From assembly GCF_004010195.1 (NCBI RefSeq), contig NC_057718.1, positions 49,992,575-50,049,447 of the forward strand: 56,873 nt of DNA, in the 5' to 3' direction. The notes beneath the pieces were generated by a model. It was given only the letters and a program-made list of their open reading frames with translations, was not told the origin of the DNA and made no database searches. Below are positions 1 to 13,767 of this stretch, piece after piece. Position numbers and translations under genes: made by a program. How positions within the stretch are numbered: the first letter of the stretch is position 1; each line of letters begins with the position of its first letter. The DNA is from Chiloscyllium plagiosum (taxonomy: Eukaryota).

Positions 1-211
1 ACTCCGACCTATCACCCTCACCTTGACCTCTTTCCACCTATCACATTTCCAACGCCCCTCCTCCAAGCCCCTCCTCCCTACCTTTTATCTTAGCCTGCTG
101 GACACACTTTCCTCATTTCTGAAGAACAGCTCATGTTCGAAAGGTCGATTCTCCTGCTCCTTGGATGCTGCCTGACCTGCTGCGCTTCTCCAGCAACACG
201 TTTTCAGCTCT
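1..211 (+). mobile_element. 3' end of Penelope-like element (subfamily A) with degenerate hammerhead motif
   Basis: C-rich tract, then ctgaagaacagctcatgttcgaaaggtc (119-148) and the tail ctcctgctccttggatgctgcctgacctgctg shared with many copies in the window. Confidence 0.8.
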
Positions 212-910
212 TATCCTAGATGGTGTCAAGTTTCTTGAGTGTTGTTTGAGCTGCACTTATTCAGGTAACTGAATATTTTTTGACTTGTGCCTTGTAGATT
301 GTAGATGGTGGTCAGACTTTGGGGAGTCAGAATGTGAGTCACTCACTGCGACATTCCCAGCATTTGACCAGCTGTTGTAGCCACTCTTTTTATATGGTAA
401 GTCCAGTTGATTTACAAGTCAATGGTAAACACAGGGATGTTGATAGTGGGAGATTCCATGATTGTAACACCATTGAATGTCAAGGGATAGTGGTTAGATT
501 GTCTCTTTTTGAAGATGGTCATTGTCTGGCATTTGTGCGTTGAGAATCTTACTTACCATTTTTCAGCCTAATTCTGGATATTGTCCGGGTCTTGTTGCAT
601 TTGAGCATGAACTGCTTCAGTATCTGAGGAGTCACAGATTGTGCTGAACAATGCATAAGCACAATCTAATCTTATGATGAAGGGAGGTCATTGATAAAGC
701 AGCTGAAGATAGTTGGATCTGGAAAACTACCCTGAGGAGCACCTGCAGTGATACCCTGGAGCTGATATGATTGAACTCCAACAACCACGACCATCTTCCT
801 ATGTGACAGGCTTGACTCCAACCAGTGGAGAATTTGCTCTTGACTCCCTATGATTCCAGTTTTGCTCGGGCTCCTTGATGCTCTTGGTCAAATATGGCTT
901 TGATGTCATG
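212..910 (-). mobile_element. Old CR1/L2-superfamily LINE, reverse transcriptase fragment (degenerate)
   Basis: Minus-strand translation gives GITAGAPQGS..PTIFSCFINDLP (RT motif region); same family recurs at 35400-36940. Confidence 0.8.
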
Positions 911-1787
911 TGCTTATGTGAATTGTGAGCAAAAATTAATACTTTACTCCTGAATGTAAAACTCTAAATTTGACTCATGGTTGAGAAAATGGCTCCAGCA
1001 TTTGGTCTCAAATTGTAATTCAAATCAATGATTATAATCACATGATATAAAGTTTATAGTCTGGACTTCATACCTCCTTCACATTAGCGTTTATATTACT
1101 GCATGCCTTACATTGGAATGTTATAAACAAATGATGACTGTTGAATCATTCCTGATATAAATGTATTACTCCAGAGACCTTTAAACTAAATGGCCTTTAG
1201 ATACAAATGGTATGAGTAGAGTCGACTGATTGCTAAATACTAATGTAGAGTGAAAACTTAACTTCTTTTCCCATTTTGTGTAACTATTTGCCCTGGTGAT
1301 ACACTCGTGGTTAAAGTTAATGACCTATAATGCCTCCCAACATTGGCATCCTTTGAATTTTTGTGCGTAAAATCCTAATTTTAACTTGAGGCGGCATAGG
1401 TGCAAAAGTGGTCAGTCATCCAACAACTGAACTCCCCCTGCCTCCCAGAGCATGAGGCAGAAGACATTTTTCAAGTTTTTGTTCTCTCAAAAATGTCCTG
1501 CAGCTTATTTTTGCCCTTTTTTGGGTGAGAATGATCTTGTGGATGGTCAGTAAAACCAGGAAATTCATACACTACAACAATACCACGGACAATCTTACCT
1601 CCAGCTTGGGAAAGCGAGCAGGGTGGAAGGGACAGATCACAAACAGGGTAAGAAATCTGGGTCAAACACGTCAGGTTTCCTGTTGGTGCAGAAAGAGCTC
1701 TCCTGTCTTTTCTGAGCCAAAAAGAATCTACAGAAATTTAAAGATTTAATAATGTTCCAAAGCTACTTGTTGACATTTGTCAGTTTA

Positions 1788-2104
1788 GCGCGGTGGCTCA
1801 GTGGATAGCTCTGCCGCTTCACAGTGCCAGGAACCCTGGGTTCAATTCCAGCTTTGGACAATTGTCTGTATAGAGTTTGCATATTCTCCCTGGGTCTGTG
1901 TGGGTCTCCAGTTTCTTCCCACAATCTACAAATGTGCAAGTTAGTTAAATTGACCATGGCCTGTAGACTAAGTGAATTAGCCATGGGAATTGCAGGTTTC
2001 AAAGGTAGGGTAGCAGGAAGTGTCTGGCTGGGATGCAGTTCAGAGGGATAGTGTGGACTTGATGGGCTGAATAGCCTGCTTCCACACTGTAGAGATTCTA
2101 TGAT
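1788..2104 (+). mobile_element. HE1-like tRNA-derived SINE
   Basis: A box gtggctcagtgg, B box gggttcaattcc, V-SINE-like core, CR1-like 3' tail ending gattctatgat. Confidence 0.88.
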
Positions 2105-3529
2105 CTTCTTTTATTCAATGACAGCTTTAATAATGACTGGGATACATAATTCTCACATCTTGAACTTAAAATGGCTTTGTGATTGGAACATTATTGTTCC
2201 CTTCCCAAACCCATGTTTCAGTACTTACTGGAATTACCTGCGTTCAGTGGAGTCTAGCTAAAGAACATGGATGATAAAATATCTCAAGGCACTAAGATTG
2301 CAGGAAAACAGTGAGCAGATTTTGCCCAGACTCCATTTATTCATTGAACTGATAGAGTAAAAACCCAACCAAAAATCAATGCAGTGATAACATTCATAAC
2401 TATATGTAACATAAAAGAAGTTTTGAGTTTCTTTATCTTGCTACAATTCTGTGTCTCTGAAAACTGGCACTAGAAATCTCATTTCGCACTGCTTTATAGT
2501 AAGAGCTACATGTCACTGTGTTAATTTTATTTAGCAGTATCGTGACATCCATAATAGGACAAACAATGTAGCTTTATGCGTTGGAAGCATTTGGGAAATG
2601 ACAGAAATTGTATTTCAATTTGTGCTGGTTATATGACAGTTCACGTTTTCACAGAAATGTATCAACGTAATTACAAATGTAACACCTTCCATGAACTGTA
2701 CAGTGAAGTAGTAGAATAGAATACAATGGTTCATTTATTTTCTTGGCTCTAAGATGCCCTTGATGTATTTCAGAGAGTTAAACCTGTTGCTGTTTTATTA
2801 ATTCAAAAGAAAATGGACTATCACCAAAAATATGGAATTTTATTCAGAATGTCTACTCCTGAGCTGTGAGCAACCTGACTTTGAAACACCAAAAATGACT
2901 TCACAGAGCTACATTGAAATAACTCCCAAGTTTATTAAACAAATGCAAAAACTTTTTAAAGCATAAACATTTTTAAAATAGATACATTTTGCATCAATGA
3001 AAATGCCCTGAACCTGTAGACCCTTGTTTACAATGATATGAAAGTCACATTTCTCATCATTCCATTTGGAGTGAGGCCAGCTTTAAGTGTGCTGTTGAAT
3101 TGGGATGAAATTATTTTTAACCCAGATTTCTCATAAAGAAGAATTTATGTTAATATACTTTGGATAGTTTAATTATATTCTGAAGACCTTCTTAATGCTA
3201 TTATTAATTATTATTAATTAAATCATTATTAATCTCTTTAATTGCTTTTCAAAGATAGGAATGCTACATACTGAGAGTAATTATAGCAGAAACCATGCAA
3301 AATCCAATCACACATGTCTTAAAAAAGGACATAAGTATTTTACTGTTTGTGAACCAACATCTTAAGTAGGCTTTGTAAAAACGATATGCTGCACTATAAT
3401 TAAGCATTAATTTCCCTCTTGTCATTGATTGATATTCAATCATGCATACATACATAATCCCTCCCAGTAACCATCACTACCCTTCGTGTACTTCAGGTAT
3501 CAGCCTTTGCTCATCCAGTACAGGCCAAA

Positions 3530-3735
3530 TTGAGTCCGAAAGGTTTGGGTTCATGCTCTAAAGGCTGGAGTAAATAATCCTGGGCTGTGCTGTGGCAGTG
3601 CTACACTGTCAGTCTCAATGAGGTGGTACACCAAGGACTCATTTGCTCTTTCAGGTGGCTGTAAAGCATCTCACATCATTTATTTTAGAAAACAGACTAA
3701 GACAAAATCCTGACTGCCCTGACCAACATAAGTTC
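3530..3735 (+). mobile_element. Diverged DeuSINE/SacSINE-like SINE relic
   Basis: Core-like segment ctctttcaggtggctgtaaagcatctcac...ctgccctgaccaacata resembles the Deu domain. Confidence 0.5.
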
Positions 3736-4353
3736 CAAGTAGCCCTCAAGCATTCCACTCAATGAAAGCAACTTCAATCTGTTGCAAAAAGTGTCTTCCT
3801 GCAACAAATAAAGGACATCTAAAATTCTTTTACTTTTATTTTGTTTAAGTGCCATTTCATCCCTTCTCTGTGCTTCCTTTTAGTGCCAAAGTGTGAGATG
3901 TGACTCCCTGAACCTCATCATGTACCCCCACAGAGTGACAGGCGTGAGAGAGTTGCTGTGTTTTGGGAGGAGCTTCCTGAAACTAAGGTAACTGCCCTGA
4001 TCCATCAATGAGTCCCTGTGTGCTGAACTGAATTTCTGACACATTGGCACTCCCTGATCCTCCTGACTTACTGTCACATCTGAACAATCTGGTATTGAAA
4101 TATGCATATGGCACTGTCCTGAGAGGTAGCATCCTTAGGCAGAATTTCCATTACTCCCAGGAATCGAGGACGGAAATGCTTTCAGGAGAAGGTGCAACAT
4201 TCTCCTCGATGATCATTCCAAAAGTTTTCTGGTATTTGCCACCTCTACCTGAATGCAGTGCTAGTTAAGGGTTGTTTCAGGAGTTCACTGCCATGGGTCA
4301 TCCTTGTCTTGGATCTATCTAGTATTTAGTGGCACAGGATACATCATTGTAGT

Positions 4354-5460
4354 ATATGTACAACCCCTATGTTCCAGCGGCTGATGTCCTCACCTTCCTG
4401 GGAAGGTACGTCCAAGTTGAGGGAGAAGCCGCCGATGTGATCGACCCCTTTGGGATCTGGACCAGTAAGCGGCAGGTCAGGGTGACTCTGAGGGTCAATG
4501 GCAATGGGAACATTCTTCACCCATCCTCAAGCCTCGCAATTGGAGGGAACAGAGGCTACCTGACATATGCAGGGCAGCCGAAAGTGTGCCGAACCTACGG
4601 GAAGTCGGGACACGTGGCGGTGGACTGCAAGGGGACCATCTGCAGGAACTGCAAACAGGAGGGTCACCTGACTAAGGACTGTCAGGAAGAAAAGAGCTGC
4701 AACCTGTGCGGAGAGGCGGGCCACATGTACAAGACCTGCCCAAGACGGGGGGCCCCACTTACGCACAGATGGCTGGAGGTGGCAATGTGAGCCGTGGACC
4801 CCCAAAGAACAGTAATGTGCACCCAGACAGCAGGGAAACAGAGTCTGGTGGCACCCAGAAAGAAGAACAGGCTGGAGTGGAGGAGGTGGCAACCAGCGGA
4901 GAGACACAGCAGCTGATCCTAGCTCTCGCTGGGCAGATGGAAGCATTGGATGAGGAGGTAATCGAGCAGACAGGTAACTGAGAGCTGTGATCCTCTGACA
5001 GTCCCATTGTCAGACACAGAACTGGACGGTGCGGACCCTTGCCTCGGCTCAATGACTCCAGAGCGGGTAAATAACCACAGTGAGGGCTTGGATAGCTACC
5101 TCAGCCCAGCGAGGGTCCAGCAGTTCGTGCTCACCATGGGGATGCAGACAGCTTCCCCAGAGACAGGACAGTCAAATGGACAACGGTAACCCCATACACT
5201 GGGATTAAAAAAGGTTCATTTGCTATAGTATAACAGGGCACCCACTCAGTAGGTGGGTCCTGCTGAAGCCACAGCTAAATAATAAGAGACTGGATGGTTA
5301 ATAAAGGGAACTGTAAATAGGATAACTGTAAATTCGAGTAATTCAATCTGTTCTTTGTAATGTTAAGACATACAATGTATATATCTATGAATGACATGAC
5401 AAATTGTACAAGTACCAAAGATTTATTTCTATGAATAAAGTATATTTTGAAATGAAAAAA
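4354..5460 (+). mobile_element. Tx1/L1-clade retrotransposon copy containing only ORF1 (zinc-knuckle protein) plus 3' tail
   Basis: ORF 4356-4790 has three CCHC knuckles (CRTYGKSGHVAVDC, CRNCKQEGHLTKDC, CNLCGEAGHMYKTC) after a Y.GQPKVC motif; aataaa plus A-rich tail at 5435-5460; 15-bp TSD atacatcattgtagt at 4339-4353 and 5461-5475. Confidence 0.85.
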
Positions 5461-5955
5461 ATACATCATTGTAGTCTATCTACAGAAATGGCACTGTTCT
5501 TAGATAACAGGAAGGCTTATTGCATGACAACAATAAGTACAACTACAGTTGCTGAGGTATATAAAGTTGCTGAGATATAATTACTAGAAGCTAAAGAAGC
5601 AGTTATCAATGCACCTGTTCCTTCCGAAAACTGCAGTCGAACCCTTTGTGTCCAGCCACCGATTTTGCATAACATCAGCTGAAGGGGTGGAGCCAATGTA
5701 ACATGAACATTAACACCCTTAGAATTATCACATCATAAACCATGAGGAAGATGGTGGCATAGTGATGTCGTTGCTGGATTAATAATCCAGAGGCTCGGTT
5801 AAATTTTGAGGGACCATAATCACCACCACCGTCAAGTTCCCCATGAAGCCATTCACCGTCCTGAGTTGAAAATATATTGTCATTCCTTGAATGTCACTGG
5901 GTGAACATCTTAGATCTTTTCTCATAATGACTTTGTGAGCATATCTACAACAAAC

Positions 5956-7674
5956 TGTGGAAAAGGAAATGGAAGATATAGAATGTAGGGAAATTGATGC
6001 TGACATCTTGAAAAATGTCCATATTACGGAGGAGGAAGTGCTGAATGTCTTGAAATGCAGAAAAGTGGATAAATCCCTAGGCCCTGATCAGGTGTACCCT
6101 AGAGCTCTGTGGGAAGCTTGGGAAGTGATTGCTGGGCCTCTTACTGAGATATTTGTATCATTGATAGTCGCAGGTGAGGTGCCAGAAGACTGGAGGTTGG
6201 TTAACGTGGTGCCACTGTTTAAGAAGGGTGGTAAGGACAAGCCAGGAAACTATAGATCAATGAGCCTGACATCGGCGGTGGGCAAGTTGTTGGAGGGAAT
6301 CCTGAGGGACAGGCTCTACATGTATTTGGAAAGGCAAGGACTAATTAGGGACAGTCAACATGGATTTGTGTGTGAGAAATCATGTCTCACAAACTTGATT
6401 GAGTTTGTTTGAAGAAGTAACAAAGAGGATTGATGAGGGCAGAGCAATAGGTGTGACTTTAGTAAGGCATTCGACAAGGTTCCCCATGGGAATCTGGTTA
6501 GCAAGATTAGATCTCATGGAATACAGGGAGAACTAGCCATTTAGATACAGAATTGGCTCACAGGGAGAACTAGCCATTTAGATACAGAATTGGCTCAAAG
6601 GTAGAAGACAGAGAGTGATGGTGGAGGGTTGCTTTTCAGACTGGAGGCCTGTGACCAGTGGAGTGCCACAAGGATCAGTGCTGGGTTCACTATTTTTCAT
6701 CATTTATATAAATGATTTGGATGTGAGCATAAGAGGTACAGTTAGTAAGTTTACAGATGACATCACAATTGGAGGTGTCGTGGACAGTGATAGTTACCTT
6801 GGATTACAGTGGGTTGTTGATCAGATGGGCCAATGGGCTGAGTAGTGGCAGATGGAGTTTAAGTTAGATAAATGTGATGTGCTGCATTTTTGGGAAAGCA
6901 AATCTTTGTAGGACTTATACACTTAATGGCAAGGTCCTCAGGACTGTTGCTGAACAAAGAGACCTTGGAGTGCAGGTTCATAGCTCCTTGAAAGTGAAGT
7001 TACAGGTAGATAGGATAGTGAAGAAGACATTTGGAATGCTTTTCTTTATTGGTCAGTGTATTGAATACAGGATTTGGGAGGTCATGTTGCAGATGTATAG
7101 GACGTTGGTTAAGCCACTGTTGGAATATTGCGTGCAATTCTGGTCTCCTTCCTATCAGAAAGATGTTGTGAAACTTGAAAGGGTTCAGAAATGAGTTACA
7201 AGGATGTTTCCAGGGTTGGAGGAGTTGAACTATAGGGAGAGGTTGAACAGGCTGGGGCTGTTTTGCCTGGAGCGTCAGATGCTGAGGGGTGACCTTATAG
7301 AGGTTTATAAAATCACGAGGGGCAAAGATAGGAAAAATAGATAAAGTCTTCTCCCTGGTGTGGGGGAATCCAGAACAAGAGGGCATAGGTTTAGGGTGAG
7401 GGGGTGATAGATATAAAAGAGACCTGAGAAGAAACCTTTTCACACAGAGGGTGGTGCATGTATGGAATGAGCTGCCAGAGGAAGTGGTGGAAGCTAGTAC
7501 AATAGCAACTTTTAAAATGCATCTAGATGGGTATATGAATAGGAAAGGTTTGGAAGGATATGGGCCGTGTGCTGGCAGGTGGGACACAATTGGGTTGGGA
7601 TATCTGGTCTGCATGGATGAGTTGGATCGAAAGGTCTGTTTCCGTGCTGTACACCTCTATGACTCTATGACTAT
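5956..7674 (+). mobile_element. CR1 (HER1-like) LINE, 5'-truncated ORF2 (RT) with 3' tail; pseudogenised
   Basis: ORFs show PEDWRLVNVVPLFKKG, NYR..SLTS, SGVPQGSVLG, KFTDD, LEYCVQFWSP; ends in ctatgactctatgac; nested in the 3' tail of an older LINE (about 5850-5955 and 7675-7793). Confidence 0.95.
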
Positions 7675-7799
7675 AAATGGAATGCAGGAGACCATGAAGC
7701 TCCCCATCACATTCTTAAGAGCAACTAGGAATGAACTAAAAATACTGGTCCAGCCACTGATGTCCACATCTCATGAATGTATTTAAAAAAAAACAATAC

Positions 7800-8880
7800 T
7801 ATGCTTCTGACAGCTATTCCACCTGGGTCTTGTAGACTTATCTCTGTAAGCTGTTGCTTCTGATGTTGTAACCATGATTACTGTGGTGACTGGGTAATTG
7901 GTCAGAGAGGTCAGTGACCTCAGCACTGAAATCAAACTTTAAATTCATTGAGATATCCAGTGACATGAACAAGTTCTGTGTATTCGAAACTTCAGGATCA
8001 CTGATCTTCCTGGTAATTACATTAGTTTACTTTTCTAAAGTAGATTGCTAAACCATATTTAAGATGTTTATCTATGTAACTTCCATTTTTCCTTCAATTT
8101 TGTAACTGCATTTCATGTTTGAATTTGAGGCAATGCTGTACCTGTCGTCTCCTTCAATTATAAATCTTGTATTCTAAATGGTTATTCTCTGCCCTTAAAT
8201 CTGCTGGAACTATATTATCGACTTTTACCATTTCTTCTCAATGTAGTGATTAATCTTATCATCATATTATTATCTTGAATCTGTATAATTTTGTCCTTGC
8301 TTTAAATCTGTGGATTCTTAAGAACAAATTCACAAATGTAGTTTTAAATCGAATGACTGTCGAGCTAGCCAGACTGTGTACCAGTATTTCCTTCATTTGC
8401 CATTTTAACACTCTATTTCTGTAAAATTGTGTTGATTTTTAAAATATCTATTTCTTTGTCATGTTTTTTCTCAGTATTACTTTTGGGTTTAGCCATCTTT
8501 TTCAAGAACTCAGCTCATAATGGTAGCTATCCACTTATGTTGTGCTGTCCCCACTGTCTGTAGCTAAAATGGAATTTTCCCATGTTTTCCTAGGGAAAAT
8601 GTTCATTTTCCTGCCTTTTAGGTCTTAAAAAAACAAGCAATTCCTCTACATACATTTTAAAACAACACTCAGGTTGCAGCATTTATCAGTGTTTTGATAA
8701 AATAATTATAGCATAATTATCAAATCCTAGTCCTTTTTAATCTTTAACTTTTTCTCATTTTTGTCCTCCTAGACTCTTGAATTGCATTTCTGAAAATTTC
8801 TTTGCTTTCAGCTTAAAGAAATTCTGAGGTCTTCCTGATTCTGTAACCTCAGTCTAAATTTTGTTTTGTGTTTTTTTACT
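7800..8880 (-). pseudogene. Degenerate coding-like island (K/E/N/S-rich), identity unknown
   Basis: One minus frame reads through scattered stops as protein-like text (FFKLKAKKFSEMQFKSLGG; FLKKMAKPKSNTEKKHDKEIDILKINTIL); strong purine skew on the minus strand. Confidence 0.35.
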
Positions 8881-9156
8881 GTTTGTTGCTGATGGTGGTG
8901 ATGCTCATTATGAAAGATAAGAACTATGGTGTCTTGTAGCACAGTGGTAGTATTCCAATCTATGGCCTAGAAAATCTGGGTTCAAATCATACCTACCCAA
9001 GATAGATGTCATAGCAAATCTGAGTAGGATGACTGAAAGAACTAACAAGGAATCCATGAGAAGGCTCACATGATGCAATGGTAGTGCACCTTCCTTTGAA
9101 CAAGGAGGCCCGGATTCATTTTCCACCTGTCTAGTAGGCTGTGATCTCACCGACAT

Positions 9157-9772
9157 TGTTTAGGCCCCTTTTAGAATACTGTACTAAATTCTGATATCCC
9201 TGCTATAGGAAGATGTTGTTAAACTTGAAAGGGTGCAGAAAAGATTTACAAGGATGCTGTTGGAGTTGGAAAGTTTGAACTATAAGGAGAGGCTAAATAG
9301 GCTGGGTTATTTTTCCTGCAGCATTGGAGGGGTGACCCTGTAGAGGTTTATAAAATCATGAAGGGAATGGATATGGTGAATAGTTAAGGTCTTTATCCCA
9401 AAGTAGGGGACTCCAAAACTAGAGGGCATGGGTTTAAGGTGAGAGGGGAAGGATTTAAAAGGGACGTAAGGGGCAACTTTTTGATGCAGAGGTGGTGCAT
9501 TCATGGGAAGACCAATATAGAAACATAGAAAATAGGAGAAGGAAGAGGCCATTCGTCTCTTCCACTATTCATCACAATCTTGGCTAATGAAGTGGTGGAG
9601 GCTGGTACAAATACAATATTTGAAATTCATCTGGATGGGTACATGAATGGAAAGGGTTTAGAGGGATATGGGCCAAATTCTGGCAAATGTGTCTACATTA
9701 ATTTAGGACATCTGGTCAGTATGGACAAGTTGGACCCAATGGTCTGTTTCCATACTCTACATCTCTATGACA
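9157..9772 (+). mobile_element. CR1 LINE 3' fragment
   Basis: gatgttgttaaacttgaaagggtgcagaaaagatttacaagg and CR1 3' UTR; ORF 9580-9813 parallels the CR1 C-terminus at 7451-7786. Confidence 0.85.
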
Positions 9773-9954
9773 CCACTTCTGAACAGATGGATGAGGAAAT
9801 ATCTAAAAAGTGAGAACTCTCTTTTCCATGTCCTTCTTTTTCCTTTCTGGTGTTTGTGCTATTTTCACAAAGTCACACAACAGGAGGGTGGTGGGATCAT
9901 GGCGTCTGTGTGGATCTTGACTTGCTAATAATTCTCGTAGTTGGGGAATCCTCT

Positions 9955-12900
9955 TTGTTACTTCTTCAAAAAACTCAATCAAGTTTGTGAGACCTTATTT
10001 CCCATGCACAAAGCCATGCTGACTATCCCAAATCAGTCCTTGCCTTTCCAAATACGTGTACATCCTGTCCCTCAGGATTCCCTCCAACAACATGTCCACC
10101 ACCAACATCAGGCTCACTGGTCTATAGTTCCCAAGCTTGTCCTTATCACCCTTCTTAAACAATGGCACCACGTTCGCCAACCTCCAGTCTTCTGACACCT
10201 CACAGTGACTATCGATGATACAAATATCTCAGCAAGGGGCCCAGCAATCACTTCTCTAGCTTCTCACAGTGTTCTCGGGGAAACCTGATCAGGTCCTGGG
10301 GACTTATCCATCTTTATGCATTTCAAGACAGCCAGCAGTTTCTCCTCTGTAATATGGACATTTTGCAAGATGTCACCATCTCTTTCCCTACAGTCTATAT
10401 CTTCCATATCCTTTTCCATAGTAAATTCTGATGCAAAATACTCATTTAGTATTTCCCCCATTTTCTGCTGCTCCACACAAAGGCCACCTTGTTGATCTTT
10501 GAGGAGCCCTATTGTCTCCCTCGTTAATCTTTTGTCCGTAATATATTTGTAAAAACACTTTGGATTCTCTTTAATTCTATTTGCCAAAGCTATCTCATGT
10601 CCCCTTTTTGACCTCCTGATTTGTCTCTTAAGTATACTCCTACTTCCTTTATACTCTTCTAAGGATTCACTTGATCTATCCTGTCTATACCTGACAAATG
10701 CTTCCTTCTTTTTCTTAACTAAACCTTCAATTTTGTTAGTCATCTAGCATTCCCTATACCTACCAGCCTTTCCTTTCACCCTAACAGGAATATACTTTCT
10801 CTGGATTCTCGTTATCTCATTTCTGAAGGCTTCCCATTTTCCAGCCGTCCCTTTACCGGCGAACATCTGCCCCCAATCACCTTTTCAAAATTTTTGCCTA
10901 ATACCGTCAAAATTGGCCTTTCTCCAATTTAGAATTTCAACTTTTAGATCTGGTCTACCTTTTTCCATCACTATTTTAAATCTAATAGAATTATGGTCGC
11001 TGGCCCCAAAGTGCTCCCCCGCTGACACCTCAGTCACCTGCCCTGCCTTATTTCCCAAGAGTAGGTCAAGTTTTGCACCTTCTTTAGTGGGTACATCCAC
11101 ATACTGAATCAGAAAATTGTCTTGTACACACTTAACAAATTCCCCTCCATCTAAACCCTTAACACTATGGCCATCCCAGTCTATGTTTGGAACGTTAAAA
11201 TCCCCTACCATAACCACCCTATTATTCTTACAGATGGCAGAGATCTCCTTACAAGTTTGTTTCTTAATTTCCCTCTGACTATTAGGGGGTCTGTAATTCC
11301 AGTAAGGTGATCATCCCTTTCTTATTTCTCAGTTCCAACAAAATAACTTCCCTGGGTGTATTTCAAGGAATATCCTCACTCAGCACAGCTGTAATGCTAT
11401 CCCTTATCAAAAACGCCACTCCCCCTCCTCTCTTGCCTCCCTTTCTCTTCTTCCTGTAGCATTTGTATCCTGGAACATTAAGCTGCCAGTCCTGCCCATC
11501 CCTGAGCCATGTTTCTCTAATTGCTTTGATATCCCAGTCCCATGTTCCTAACCATGCCCTGAGTTCATCTGCCTTCCCTGTTAGGACACTTGCATTGAAA
11601 TAAATGCAGTTTAATTTCTTAGTTCTCCCTAGTCCCTGCCTGGCCTGACTGTTTGACTCGCTTCTGTTCTCAACTGTATCAGTCTCAGATTGACCTCTTT
11701 CCTCATTATCTGCCTGGTTTCCACCCCCTCCCCCCCCATCTCCACCACTTTACTAGTTTAAATCTTTCCGAGCAGCTCTGTCAAATCTCCCTGCCCTTAT
11801 ATTAGTCCCCTTCCAATTTAGGTGCAATCCGTCCTTCTTGTACAGGTCACTTCTACCCCAAAAGAGATTCCAATGATCCAAAAATGCGAATTCTTCTCCC
11901 ATCCACCATCTGCTCTATTCTCCTATTCCTGCCCTCACTAGCTCTTAGCACCAGGTGTAATCCAGATATTACTACTCTCGAGGACCTCCTTTTAAAATTC
12001 CTGTCTAACTCTCTGTAATCACCCTTCAGAATCTCAACCTTTTCCCTTCCTATGTCATTTGTTCCAATGTGGACAATGACCTCCTGCTGGCCCCTCTCCC
12101 CCTTGAGAACATTCTGCACTCTCTCTGAGACATCCTTGATCCTGGCACCAGGGAAGCAATACACCATTCTGATTTTTTTGCTGCTGGCCACAGAAACGTC
12201 TGCCTGTACCTCACACTAGACAATCCCTAACACAACTGATCTCTTGGAACCCAATGTACCCCTCATTGCATTAGAGCCAGTCTCAATACCAGAAACTTGG
12301 TTGTTCATTATACGTTCCCCTGAGAATCCATCACCTCCTACGTTTTCCAAAGCAGCATACTTGTTTGATATGGGATAGCCACAGAACACACCTTCCCAAG
12401 GTGCCTACCTCTCTTACCTTTCCTGGAGTTAACCGATCTATGTGACTGTATCTGAGACTTTCCCCCCTTCCTATAATTGCCATCCATCACATACTGTTAC
12501 TGTTGCAAATTCCTCATTGCTTCTAACTGTCCATTTGATCTGATAAGGTTCACAACCAACAGCATTTATTGCAGATATAATCTTCGGTAACCCTTAAACT
12601 CTCTTTAAACTTCCACATCTGACAAGAAGCACATATCACTCTACTAAAGGCCATTTTTGCTCCTTCATAATCTACTGACCCAGAAAATAACACCATCCTT
12701 TTCCTCTACAAACACTGCCCCAGCTTAAATTATAGTTATGGCTTATATTTTAAGTTTGATCAGGAGACATATCTCCAAAAACCTACAATCAAGAAAGGAC
12801 CCACTCCACTCACTACTGCAGACTTTCTGTGGGCCACACTTAAAACAATGATTAATTTATAAAAGTAAGTTACTGTGGATGCTGGAATCTGGTTTCAGAT

Positions 12901-13512
12901 TTCAGCATCTGCAGTAACTTACTTTTATCTCGTGTTTAACCCACTGGCACCTCTCTTCCAGGAATGCCTACCCCGAAGAAGTACTGCTCTTCTCTCCGAC
13001 AGGAGTTTCGCTCGAGCTTTGACAAAAGGTCAGTTAGACTCGAAACGTCCGCTCTTTTCTCTCCTTACAGATGCTACCGAATGTGCTGAGACTTTCCAGC
13101 ATTTTCTCTCTTTGGGTACAATGATTAACTTATCTGATTCTGTGCTGTGACCTTTGTCCAACCGCTCCTCCAAGATCAGTTGTGAATTTCAGTGTTTGTT
13201 AATTTTCCCAGACACACTCCGATGTCCAGCGGCACATGAATTCAAACAGCAAAGGCAGCGTCAGTTTCTTTCTCTCTCTGTCTCCTGCACTGACCTCACC
13301 ATGTGCTTCCTTTGTTTGTCCTTCTCCCTTTTAAAACTGCCGTTGCTTTGACTTTTTTTCCCAAAGTTCCAAAACAATGCAACAGCATATAAAACAGTCA
13401 TTGCTGCTCCTGGTATTCGAGGAAATCACCTCCAGCACCTAAAATACCTCAAAAAAGGAGCAGCTGTTACAGCCAGAAATGTTTCCCGTCCTCCATCTTG
13501 GATTACCCAGAA
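9955..13512 (-). mobile_element. CR1 LINE 5' part: 5' UTR, ORF1 with SGNH esterase domain, ORF2 APE endonuclease and start of RT; 3'-truncated
   Basis: ORF 11853-12191 CFPGARIKDV...VIVHIGTNDIG (esterase); ORF 10885-11217 VGDFN.P.IDW...LDLLL...SDH (APE); ORF 9995-10198 EDWRLANVVPLFKKG. Confidence 0.93.
12861..13117 (+). mobile_element. Short Penelope-like terminal fragment (subfamily D) nested in the CR1 5' region
   Basis: Palindrome at about 12860-12927; variant hammerhead-like tgacaaaaggtcagttagactcgaaacgtc (13020-13049); 16-bp TSD acaatgattaa(t/c)ttat at 12845-12860 and 13118-13133. Confidence 0.7.
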
Positions 13513-13767
13513 TTGATTCATAAGCAAATAAATTAGCAATTTTACAATAAATGTAGCTACAAGTTAATTTAGCTGCTCCTCAAAGCCTCCCTTGTCTCCT
13601 TCCAAACACTGGATTTCCTGAAGCCTTGGAAACCCCACTAACCATGGAAGCTACTAACTTCCATTAAGTATTTAAATTGCCAAATTGCTTGCTGGAAACA
13701 ACTTGACTACCCACACAGGGTGCCACCTCCATTAAATTCTCCTTTTATAGTAATTGATTTTGAGGAA

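Noticed and set aside
1788..1860. tRNA gene-like A/B boxes (also near 32380-32449, 35840-35915, 52060-52125)
   Set aside because: These are SINE heads followed by SINE core and a CR1-like tail; no complete cloverleaf
4356..4790. Possible host ZCCHC3/CNBP-like zinc-knuckle gene
   Set aside because: 5'-truncated, frameshifted, first knuckle mutated, and bounded by poly(A) and a TSD; it is a retroposon ORF1
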